Below, piece after piece: positions 36,980 through 46,113 of a stretch of DNA of 55,177 nt. Where the stretch lies: contig JAYEMW010000253.1 in assembly GCA_034718555.1 (NCBI GenBank), positions 1 to 55,177 of the forward strand, written 5' to 3'. Each line of letters starts with the position of its first letter. Within the stretch, counting starts at the first letter, position 1. The position numbers and the translations under genes are program-made. The DNA is from Thermodesulfobacteriota bacterium (GTDB taxonomy: Bacteria > Desulfobacterota > DSM-4660 > Desulfatiglandales > B25-G16). A model generated the notes under the pieces. It was given only the letters and a program-made list of their open reading frames with translations, searched no databases and was not told the DNA's origin.

Positions 36980-39073
36980 TTAAGGCACGTCAATAGTCGT
37001 GGTCGCCAGCGTTCCATGGTAGATAGGAAACGACTTGCTGTACCCATCCCACGACGTGATAGTGTACGTACCAAGATCATGCCAGGAGAAGGGCAAATAA
37101 TATTCGCCCGTTGCGTAAACTTTGCCCGATAAGGTGCTAATTGTAAAATCGGAATCCGCGCCCGCGGTAAACACCACCGAACTGCCGACCAAGCCTAACG
37201 ACACAATGCCGGTTGTATAATCTTCCAGGTCGGTGTCGCCGTCCGTTCGATTCTCCGACGATAAGGATACGTTAAGAAGAGTTAGATCTGCCTCAACGCG
37301 GGCGTCTAAGACTGCCAGGTCGACGACTGCCGCTGCGGTGAGATCGAGTTCGGTATAAGGGCGTACTTTCAATACCATATCCCCCCATACCGTCGCATCG
37401 GCAAAGTCGCCCCACCCGTTTCCATCGTAGAAATTAAGTGTCTCTCCTACTTTGAGACCTGCCTCGCCTTTCGCGCATACCTCTATACTTATGTTAGCCA
37501 CTACAAGGTAATAACCGAAATGAGCGCACGCCGACTTCGAGTAGCTTTTGTCGAGTCCCGGCAGGTCGTATGTAATGGGCATGGAATAAGATTCTCTTAA
37601 ATGCGCCAGTGTGTGGCCAAGCAAAACTGCATCATAACCGTCGTTTACAGTTGTATCGGTAAGATCGGCGTATGCCCACCCCTCTAAACCAATCAGGGTT
37701 ACGTCTAACCAGCCGTCAAGCGATGCGGAAAGGCCGATCTTCGCCGTTCCCGACAACCTTTTATCCGACTTAGCACCAGTCACCCTATCGCTCAGATAGG
37801 ACGACCCGGCTCCCATTATTACATCCGCGTGCAAGTACAGGTGTTCTTTACTATTTCCAAATTTTTTAGAATAGTTATAATTCGAAGCGTAAATATAGTT
37901 TATTATTCGGATAGGGGGGATAGGGGGGAACCAAGATCTGTATCCCAACTGTTGCTGCGCCATATCCGGCTTGCGCGGATTGCCCATCGTTACCCTGGCG
38001 GTCATGCAATTGTTAGCATTCCCTTCGCTGGCATCCGCCGCGCCTTCGGTAAAAGACGTCAATACGCAGGCTTGTATATCGAAATCGCTTTCGCTTGCCC
38101 ATGTACCGCCGGTTGCCATTGCCGTATAAGTATCCCCCTCGATATATAGATCGTGGTTTAAACTTATTTCATTAGGGGTGGGTAAGCTTGTTAGTGTAAC
38201 GCCCGTATGGTGGCCCGCGGCCGTGTGGTTTCCGTCTTTTCTAACCGTGAGGTCCATCCATGAATCGGTTGAGGAATGGGGGCGGATATAGTACTTCACT
38301 TCAACGGTTCCCACGCCGTCCAGCGCGTTCGCCGCGCCCGGGGATACGCCGACCACTTCAATGTCCGTATCGACCACAAAGTTCGGTTTATTTGCCACCT
38401 CGGCGGTAAGGGTAACGTCTGTTGAATGGTGATCGCTATCGGTGGGCGACCAGAGGATGGCGACGGAGGATGCCGGTTCAAAACTGGTTATAGCCACGTC
38501 CAGTCCTGGGCTTGGTTCAATCGTCAGGTCTATCACACAGCCCGCAGTCCCGCTTGCATCGGTGCAGGCCTGGTTAACGGCGTTATCGCTGTTGGATGCC
38601 GTGAAAAGGACTGTCGTCTGATCGTTAGGATCGGAGAGCGTAAGAAGGTCGTCTATCGGGTGGGCCGTAACGGTCAGGTTGACTGCGCGGCTCGTTTCTT
38701 CCGATAAAAGGCAGTCGTCACTTGGATATCCCACCAACGTTACCTGCGTCTCGGCGCCGCTGGTATCAAGCTGTACACTCTGGCTGGCCAGATAGCAGGC
38801 TTTCGATGTATCATCCGGGCTTACCAAACCGACCACAACGCTTACATCCTTAACGTTACTGCTCGTGCTGGCGTTACTTAGTTTAAGGCCGACCTTCACC
38901 CTAATCGGGTGGTATTGGTAGATGGTCGTTTCCCCATCCGGGATTCAAAGGTGCGTGATCGATATTGTTTCGGGCGCACTAATAGTACTATCGCTGCCGC
39001 TTCCACCGCAAGCGCTCAAAAAGCCCAAAGATAAAAACACAATTAACGTCGAATATCGGATACCCTTTTTCAT
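36980..39073 (-). pseudogene. Large secreted lipoprotein gene interrupted by a single in-frame TGA (38945-38947)
   Basis: GGAGGA plus the ATG at 39073 opens MKKGIRYSTLIVFLSLGFLSACGGSGS... (lipobox LSAC). After 42 codons an in-frame TGA occurs. The same frame continues without further stops into the 639-aa ORF (GTG at 38899 in the ORF track). Confidence 0.6.
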
Positions 39074-39933
39074 GTCTTCCTCCTAAAAGATAATTAAAGT
39101 AAAAAAAATCGTTTCAGTCGGGACGTTTGCATGTAGCGCCAAGCGTTTCCCATATGGCGTCATTTTACTATTCTCAACTGTCATAATCCTAACCGAAATC
39201 TTAAAAACTGTCGAAATAATTTCGCATGGAAGTCAGTTAATGACCTTTTAACCATATGATAATATAATTGTTTCATCTGAGAAATAGGGGTATATATTCC
39301 TCATCTTTCCCCATAGGAAAATCAAAATCTGATGTCTATATTAGCATCTAAAAATAAAGATAATCAACACAATTTTCTCGCATTTTCTATTTATTTTAAG
39401 TGATTATAATTTGATTAAGTAATTAAGGTAGTTAAGGGAGTAATATATTGTCCGCGTTCTAAATAAAAGACCTAAACAGAAGCCCTCTTATCCGATGTGT
39501 ATTTTTGATAATTTAGTGTTTACTCCCCCAAAAAACCTTTGTCAAATATTTTTTTGTGTTTTTTTGTAGCTGCCATTTTTTTTCGGTTCGTTATTATGGC
39601 TACCTTCTTTTAATCGGCCCTACCACCAATAGACGGAAATATTAGAAGATTACCTTAGGGCAATCGTGGATATTTATACATCAAATCCGTTGTAATAGTA
39701 GGCAAGGCCAATCTTTGTGGCATTAAGGGGCCCGGAAGGACTCAATTTACCCCTACTTGGATGGGGTCGGGCCACGCTAACTAACTTGTTGGATGGGCTT
39801 GTTGGATGGGGTTTGGATGGGGTCGGGCCACGCTAACTATCTAAAACTATTAAAGAAAAACCTTAAAAACACCCTTATTTAGGCCCTATATTGAACTTTT
39901 CAGGGGCAAAAAAAACATTATTCACAATAAACA

Positions 39934-40761
39934 ATGGCGAGAGCGAAAAGACATTATATCCCGGGGCAGATATGGCACACCCCAGTTAAATGTTCTTCGA
40001 ATTTAACGGGGTAAATTACTCACCGATGTCATAAAAGAGAATTTTTGCTCAAGTTTGCAAAAGATAGGCAAAGATGGCTTCAGTGGCTTTTTGAAGCGAA
40101 GAAACATTATGGCTTGCCAATATTGAATTATGCTGTCACCTCGAACCATATCCATCTTCTTTTGGTTGGTGATGATGATCGTGATGTGATTCCAAATTCG
40201 ATTAAACTGATTGCTGGGCGAACGGGGCAAGAATACAATCAAAGGAAGAATCGGAAGGGAGCATTTTGGGAGGATCGCTATCACGCAACGGCGATCGAAA
40301 GCGGTGAGCATCTATTTCAGTGTCTTGTATATATTGATCTCAATATGGTTCGTGCAGGTGTAGTGGAGCATCCTTCCGAATGGCCTTTTTGTGGTTACAA
40401 TGAAATACAGAAACCAAGAAGTAAAAACATTCTTATAGATTATGAAAGGCTCAGAAAACTACTTGGTTTTGGCTCCTATGATAGGGTGATAACTTATCAA
40501 AAGAGGTGGGTAGAGGATTATTTGGGAAATGGAAAAAATATCAGAGATGAAAAATGGACACGGAGTATTGCTGTTGGTAGTAGAGGCTTTGTTGATAGGG
40601 TAAAATCCATACTGGGAGTACTGGCCTCAGGAAGAAGAAGTATTGAAGCAGGAGAATCCTATCAACTTCGAGAGCCCTCTATTCCTTATAGTGCCCATTT
40701 TGGGGTCAAAAAAGGTGATATAGGGCCTGAAAATACCTATTTATGGGATGCTAATCCATAG
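39934..40761 (+). pseudogene. REP-associated-type (IS200/IS605 Y1, HUH) transposase, interrupted by a 36-nt in-frame insertion carrying TAA
   Basis: The ATG at 39934 reads MARAKRHYIPGQIWH, then TPVKCSSNLTG*, then in the same frame ITHRCHKREFLLKFAKDRQRW...TSNHIHLLL (HUH)...FWEDRYHATAI (Tyr). Deleting 39979-40014 restores ...IWHITHRCHKREF.... Confidence 0.7.
39980..40011 (+). other. Hairpin-forming insertion inside the transposase gene
   Basis: CCCCAGTTAAAT-GTTCTTCGA-ATTTAACGGGG forms a 4+7 bp stem with one bulged A and a 9-nt loop. Confidence 0.75.
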
Positions 40762-41312
40762 ATATCAATAAGTTAGCGCGGTCCGACCTCAATGGGTATT
40801 TATCATGAGCCGGATTGAAAGAAGCAGGTCTACGTATCAATTATTATGTTGTCAGTCTGTTTTAAGCAACGGGATAATCATGGACAACATCTTGTATTAT
40901 AAGGATATTCTTAATATCGCACCTTTTTTGCCAATAAACTCATATATTCAATGGGTTAGAGAGACACACAACATAAGTGTCAAATCTACGTCTGACTCTT
41001 AATTAATATTTCTACTATTTTTTCAATCCAGTTCTGGAATTTGCGATCCTCTTTCAACCTGAACACCGGAATTTACGGAAAACTGGAGAAAAGGCATGGC
41101 CTAAAAATATCACGTATTGAAGAAATAGCCTACCGTATGGGACGCATCGATACCGTCCAACTTAAAGAGCTTGCGAGACCCCTGATTAAGAATGGGTATG
41201 GGCAATATCTTATGAATGTTTTAGAAAAACAGGGGCCGGTAGCATAAATTGCTGGTTTATGATACTATTTGCCCATATTCAGTGATATCAGTGATCAGGG
41301 GTATGTAAAACG

Positions 41313-41390
41313 ACAGTTGATATGGCGAGGATAATTTTTTGAGCATGGCAAAGAGTTGAGGAAAAAGGGCATTCTCGGACAGCCTAATAG
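41313..41390. mobile_element. MITE family C, truncated half copy
   Basis: AGTTGATATGGCGAGGATAATTTTTTGAGCATGGCAAAGAGTTGAGGAAAAAGGGCATTCTCGGACAGCCTAATAG aligns with the centre and right arm of 34822-34968. The left arm is absent. Confidence 0.6.
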
Positions 41391-41932
41391 GATAAAGACA
41401 TAGAAACCCTGATCAAGATGATAGAGATCAAGCCGGATAAAAAACAAGACAAACCAACCTCAGTAAAAGGGGAATACGCAAAGGCGCATTTTGAAAGGGT
41501 GAACAAAAAATATGGCACATTGAATTTAGCAGACATTGTCGCACAATACTGGGCATGCATATGCCAAGCAGTAGTACACCTTTGATTTGCTTACACCAAA
41601 GCAGGCCCACAAATGGATTGCTGATTTGAAAAAAGGAAAAATTTAGAGATATGGAGAAGCATTTCTCAAAGCCAGTCTTGTTCCTGGTGCATCTTTATGA
41701 GTGGAATATCGTGGAGAGATAGTTTCCATTAATTTTATTTTCGGCACTCCAATAAAACAAGAAATCCGAGGATTTCCGGTTTATACAACCGGCTTTAATC
41801 TATCGAGTTGATTGTACAGCACTGGATTCAAATAATTCAGTTAAAAACAGTTTGGCACTGTGATATATTCAGGTGTTAGAATAATTGTACAGATAAAAGA
41901 AATCGTACCTTTTCCCTAAAGGAGGAAACAAC

Positions 41933-42211
41933 ATGATGGAACAAGACATTACTGTCAAAATACCACGTGGGTGGATTAAGGGATTGCCTGAAGAAGAATT
42001 AATTCTCAAACAGATCGTTCGCTTGGGCATTTACCAGTACAAAGTAGAACGTGCTATTCAGCTATATCGGGATGGTGTTGGTTCTATAGGTTATGTTGCT
42101 GAACAAATAGGGCTTAATAAGCAGGATCTGATCCGAGAAGCGCGTCACCACAATATAGACCCTGAATTTTCCGAGCAAACGATCAAAGAGGAACTTTCAG
42201 AATGGCATTAA
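41933..42211 (+). CDS. UPF0175-family antitoxin-like protein
   Basis: ...KVERAIQLYRDGVGSIGYVAEQIGLNKQDLIREARHHNI fits the UPF0175 HTH pattern. GGAGGA RBS. It overlaps the next gene by 10 nt. Confidence 0.7.
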   Translation: MMEQDITVKIPRGWIKGLPEEELILKQIVRLGIYQYKVERAIQLYRDGVGSIGYVAEQIGLNKQDLIREARHHNIDPEFSEQTIKEELSEWH

Positions 42212-42711
42212 ACGTGGTTTCAAATGCTGGTCCACTTATGGTCTTTTCAAAACTGAACATACTGCACTTATTAAAAGGGCTCTATGGTCGAATTGAGTTC
42301 CCTCTTTCAGTTTACAGAGAAACTGTCAGTGTTGGAATACGCCGGGGCTTTATGGATGCTCAATTACTGAATTCCTTCCTTGTGCAAAACGAATGGAACC
42401 CGATAAAAGACTTTGAAATCTCTGTAGATTTACGGAATTTGAATCTTGATCGAGGTGAAAAAGAATCGATTGCCCTGGCATTATCTAAAAATGCCTTGCT
42501 TCTCATGGATAATGAGCGGGGTCGTGATTTTGCCCGGCAAAATAACTTGTCTGTGCGTGGCTCATTGGGTGTTTTGATTGAAGCCTTTGCAAAGAAAATG
42601 ATCAGCGAGGATCAATTGCGTTTTTATTTCAGACAAATAAGCGAAAGAAAAGATATCTGGATCAATCCTGATTTGTGTGTTCGTCTACTTGAACAAATAT
42701 TTGGCCCATGA
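42202..42711 (+). CDS. DUF3368-type PIN-like nuclease (putative toxin)
   Basis: VVSNAGPLMVFSKLNILHLLKGLYGRIEFPLSVYRE... matches the DUF3368/PIN-like opening. Pairing with UPF0175 is the usual arrangement. Confidence 0.7.
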   Translation: MALNVVSNAGPLMVFSKLNILHLLKGLYGRIEFPLSVYRETVSVGIRRGFMDAQLLNSFLVQNEWNPIKDFEISVDLRNLNLDRGEKESIALALSKNALLLMDNERGRDFARQNNLSVRGSLGVLIEAFAKKMISEDQLRFYFRQISERKDIWINPDLCVRLLEQIFGP

Positions 42712-42730
42712 TCCACATTAACGATTTTAG

Positions 42731-43261
42731 TCGCATCCAACACTCCCTAATATCGAATGGAAATCAAAAAAGACACAAAAGTACAAAATTCCATACCGCC
42801 CTGACCTGGGTACTGGCGCCGTGCTTCTGGTAGCGGAAGGCCCTGGGGAAGAATACCAAGTTGATGTTGTTTTTGAAAAAGATGGTAAAAGGTTTCTTGA
42901 AACATTCCCCCAGAGTCGGATCGAGCCGATTGCTGATATCTTTCAGCGGTATCAAAACGGTGAATCCGATTGTCCGATGGATTTTTTTTTGAGACAATTG
43001 GCTTACCAACTACCCCTTGAAAATTTAGGAGGTGAACTCTCCAATAGCAAGACAAATCTTCTTCTTCACCAGATTCTATTAACTCATCAGATTATTAGCG
43101 CTCGCAGGCTAAAATTTTTGATTGCCGATGAGGTTGGCCTTGGGAAAACCATTGAAGTGGGAATGATTATTAAGGAGCTGTTAGCAGGTGGCGAGGCTAA
43201 AAGAAATAAAAGTATCATTTTACCGAATAGACGCAAAAAAGCTCCACGAACACTGGATTAG
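42731..43261 (+). pseudogene. N-terminal stub of a RapA-like SNF2 helicase
   Basis: The open frame from 42731 reads ...DLGTGAVLLVAEGPGEEYQVDVVFEKDGK... (Tudor-like) ...LLLHQILLTHQIISARRLKFLIADEVGLGKTIEVGMIIKELL (motif I). It then ends in unrelated sequence. There is no ATG in frame at its beginning, and motifs II-VI are absent. Confidence 0.6.
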
Positions 43262-43660
43262 TAGAGCTTTTTTGAAACTCTTATGTTGGAATTGTGAAAC
43301 CCAGATGAAATAGTCTCAGCATTGCAGGAGGTGAACATGATACCCATCTTTAATAGCTGAATTGCGTTGTGGCTAAGCTATTTGTCAGATAAGGTCATGC
43401 TCAAGAAAAAGACTTAACAAAAATGATCGATTTATGATAACTAAATGTGGAGGCTCTTATAAAGAGAAAGTAATCGACCTTGTTTCAGCTTACAAAAGCG
43501 TTCCAGGTTGGTCACGACTGCATCATCGTGAACCTCGTCTTGCTACGAGGGCTTTCAAATGATCCGGTAAATCCTGTTAATCCTGTCAAAAAATAGATGG
43601 ATATAAGTTTGTAAATTTCTGATAACCTGCAATTCACGTCAACAAAAAAAGGAGGAGCCA

Positions 43661-44800
43661 ATGGGGAGAGACAATATCGTTTTTTTAGAGGTAATTGAGT
43701 GGTTTGATGAAACGGGTCAAGAACTGGTACATAGAGTTCCTGAAAAAGGTTCTGGTGAAATAAAATTTGGAGCTCAACTCATTGTCCGAGAAAGCCAGGC
43801 GGCTGTTTTGTATTACAAAGGCAAGGCAGGAGACGCCTTTGGTCCCGGCCGCCATACCCTGAAGACAGCCAATATTCCGGTCCTGACGAAAATCCTGACT
43901 ATTCCCTGGGCCATGACCAGCCCGCTTCGAGCCGAGGTATATATCGCTAACATGAAGGTCTTTCTCAATCTCAAATGGGGTACCAGAGATCCGGTAGCCT
44001 TCAGAGATTCCGAGCTGGGTCTTATTCGGCTTCGTGCATTTGGCGTGTTTAATATCCAGGTTATCCAGCCGGTTTTATTCATAAACAGCCTTGTAGGCAC
44101 CATGGGTAAATACACTACAGAGGAAATTGAGGAATATCTTAAGCGGGTAATTGTGTCGCGGTTCAATGATCATTTAGGTGAAAACCTGGACACCATTTTT
44201 AACCTGCCGGGACGGTATGATGAACTATCCGAGGGTCTGCAAAAGCGACTTCAAAAAGATTTTAGCCATTTTGGACTCGGCCTCAATAACCTGTATATTT
44301 CATCCATTACTCCACCAACGGAGGTGCAACAGGCCATTGACGATAAGAGCCGTCTAAGCGTAATTCAGGACCTGGACAGATTGGTAAAAATGAAGGCGGC
44401 CATGGCTATGGAAAAGGCAGCAGAGTCCACCGGTGACGCCGGATCGGGTCTGGGCATGGGTTTGGGCTTTATGATGCCGGCCATGTTTTCCGAGGCCTTC
44501 AGACCCCAATTAGGTAAAGGGGTTGGTGGAGCCGACCCTGTGTCCCAGGAATTCAAGTGCCCGGACTGTGGGCATGCTATTTCCAAAGATGCCAAGTTTT
44601 GCCCCTATTGCGGGCACCAGCAACTGATTTTTCGCCAGTGTGCAAATTGTGGCAAGAATATCCCTCCTAATGCACGATTTTGTCCAAAGTGTGGACATCC
44701 GGCAGACGAAAAACCCCTTGCCAAGGTCTGCCCCCATTGCAAAACAGAAAATTTGCCCAGATCTGATTTTTGCAATCATTGTGGGGAAAAATTAGAGTAA
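43661..44800 (+). CDS. SPFH (stomatin/prohibitin-fold, COG4260-like) protein with three C-terminal zinc ribbons
   Basis: GGAGGAG RBS. The N-terminal ~270 aa show an SPFH/band-7-like pattern (...LIVRESQAAVLYYKGK...RAFGVFNIQV...). The C-terminus has CPDCG..CPYCG, CANCG..CPKCG and CPHC..CNHCG. Confidence 0.7.
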   Translation: MGRDNIVFLEVIEWFDETGQELVHRVPEKGSGEIKFGAQLIVRESQAAVLYYKGKAGDAFGPGRHTLKTANIPVLTKILTIPWAMTSPLRAEVYIANMKVFLNLKWGTRDPVAFRDSELGLIRLRAFGVFNIQVIQPVLFINSLVGTMGKYTTEEIEEYLKRVIVSRFNDHLGENLDTIFNLPGRYDELSEGLQKRLQKDFSHFGLGLNNLYISSITPPTEVQQAIDDKSRLSVIQDLDRLVKMKAAMAMEKAAESTGDAGSGLGMGLGFMMPAMFSEAFRPQLGKGVGGADPVSQEFKCPDCGHAISKDAKFCPYCGHQQLIFRQCANCGKNIPPNARFCPKCGHPADEKPLAKVCPHCKTENLPRSDFCNHCGEKLE

Positions 44801-44801
44801 A

Positions 44802-46028
44802 ATGGGCTTTACAATCGAGCAAAAGTGTCCACAGTGCGGAGCCCCTATTGAATTTGAAGAGACCGATCGTCTAATCCGTTGTCCCTATTGTGATGTAGAA
44901 AATTACCTTTTTGCCCCTGGCCATTTTCGTTTTGTGCTGCCTGATAAAGCATCCGGCAAGGAAATTATCTATGCACCCTATCTTCGTTTTAAAGGGAATG
45001 TGTATTTCTGCCAGGGTCAGACTGTTGGCTACCGCATCGTAGACATAACCCGAATAGGACTTCCATTTAAAGGCATCCCAGTATCTCTTGGGCTCAGACC
45101 ACAGGCCATGAAGATGAAATTTATGACAGGGGATACGGAAGGATCATTTCTAAATTTTACTCTCAAGGCAAAAGATATTATATCAAATGCTGCAAGGCTT
45201 TCTTCGGCCTCATTAACTGGTAAGATTTTTCACCGTGCATATATCGGAGAGACCTTAAGCATTATATACCTTCCTTTATTTGTGAATAATGGAAGGCTTT
45301 TTGACGCAATATTGAACAGACCCATTTACAGACTTACCCAAGGTCAAGATATATCTGAATTGACTATAAAAAAGAAACCGCAGTGGAAAATCCATTTTAT
45401 TGCAACCCTGTGTCCGCAATGCGGCTGGAACCTGGAGGGCGAGAGGGATAGCGTGGTCTTAAATTGCAACAACTGCGATTCTGCCTGGGAAGTCTCGAAA
45501 GGCAAGTTTGTGCGGGTGAATTTGTTGTTTATTGAGGGGCAGGGCAAAGAAACCGTGTATTTGCCCTTCTGGAAGATACGCGCAAAGGTGAAAGGCCTGG
45601 AAATTAATTCCTATGGGGATTTTATGAGGCAAACCAATCAGCCCAGGGTACCCCAAAAGAAATGGGAAAACCAGGCTATGTATTTCTGGAGTCCTGCTTT
45701 TAAAATAAGGCCCAAGGTTTTTTTGCGACTTTCAAGCCAGGTTACTGTGTCGCAGACCTGCTTCAAGGCAAAAGAGACTATACACAGAAAGGATCTCTAC
45801 CCTGTAACCTTGCCTGGAACCGAGGCCATCCAGGGCCTAAAGATTGTCCTGGCCGGCTCGGCCATTAACAAAGAGAAAGTTTTGCCTCTTCTGCCCAGCA
45901 TCAAATTTGATATAAAGGAATTGACCCTTGCCTACCTTCCCTTTACAGACGCCCGCCACGAGATGGTACAGCAACATATAGGCATCAGTATCAATAAAAA
46001 CACACTGAATTACGGTCGTTATCTGTAA
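44802..46028 (+). CDS. Two-module zinc-ribbon protein of unknown function (partner of the SPFH protein)
   Basis: Starts 1 nt after the SPFH stop. CPQCGAPIEFEE..RCPYC followed by ...YAPYLRFKG.... A second module has CPQCGWNLEGE..CNNC followed by ...YLPFWKIRAKVKG..., indicating internal duplication. Confidence 0.6.
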   Translation: MGFTIEQKCPQCGAPIEFEETDRLIRCPYCDVENYLFAPGHFRFVLPDKASGKEIIYAPYLRFKGNVYFCQGQTVGYRIVDITRIGLPFKGIPVSLGLRPQAMKMKFMTGDTEGSFLNFTLKAKDIISNAARLSSASLTGKIFHRAYIGETLSIIYLPLFVNNGRLFDAILNRPIYRLTQGQDISELTIKKKPQWKIHFIATLCPQCGWNLEGERDSVVLNCNNCDSAWEVSKGKFVRVNLLFIEGQGKETVYLPFWKIRAKVKGLEINSYGDFMRQTNQPRVPQKKWENQAMYFWSPAFKIRPKVFLRLSSQVTVSQTCFKAKETIHRKDLYPVTLPGTEAIQGLKIVLAGSAINKEKVLPLLPSIKFDIKELTLAYLPFTDARHEMVQQHIGISINKNTLNYGRYL

Positions 46029-46113
46029 TGGCAAGAGGTTTTAAGGCATATTCCCGCCTTATTCTCAAATCTTTAATAGTGAACCTTTGAACGCGATAAC
46101 CTGATTAGTTACT

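Larger units (their letters stand above)
39763..40790 (+). mobile_element. RayT/IS200-like Y1-transposase element flanked by inverted REP-like ends
   Basis: GGGGTCGGGCCACGCTAACTA occurs at 39763-39783 and 39819-39839, separated by TTGGATGGGG stutters. Its inverted match AAGTTAGCGCGGTCCGACCTC lies at 40769-40790. An HUH/Y1 transposase gene sits between them. Confidence 0.7.

Noticed and set aside
38945-38947. Selenocysteine decoding of the in-frame TGA in the lipoprotein gene
   Set aside because: The context is a Ser/Thr-rich linker after a signal peptide, not a redox motif. Downstream I see only a weak 5-bp hairpin (GATGG...CCATC), nothing like a bacterial SECIS. A nonsense mutation or sequencing error is more parsimonious, though this cannot be excluded without a SECIS search.
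34905-41382. Direct repeats (GAGGATAATTTT...GGGCATTCTCGGACAG) at 34905-34960 and 41327-41382 as boundaries of a single 6.4-kb mobile unit carrying the G+C-rich island and the transposase
   Set aside because: The left copy is simply the right arm of a complete palindromic MITE that has its own target-site duplication, and the right copy is a truncated MITE. The simpler reading is two independent insertions of the same MITE family.
40805-41650. Small ORFs 40805-41002, 41041-41247 (TTG start; ...ISRIEEIAYRMGRIDTVQLKELARPLIKNGYGQYL...) and an unannotated plus-strand frame at about 41400-41590
   Set aside because: These are probably fragments of decayed genes in the junk region right of the transposon element. 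I cannot assign a family and they lack credible starts, so they are not reported as genes.
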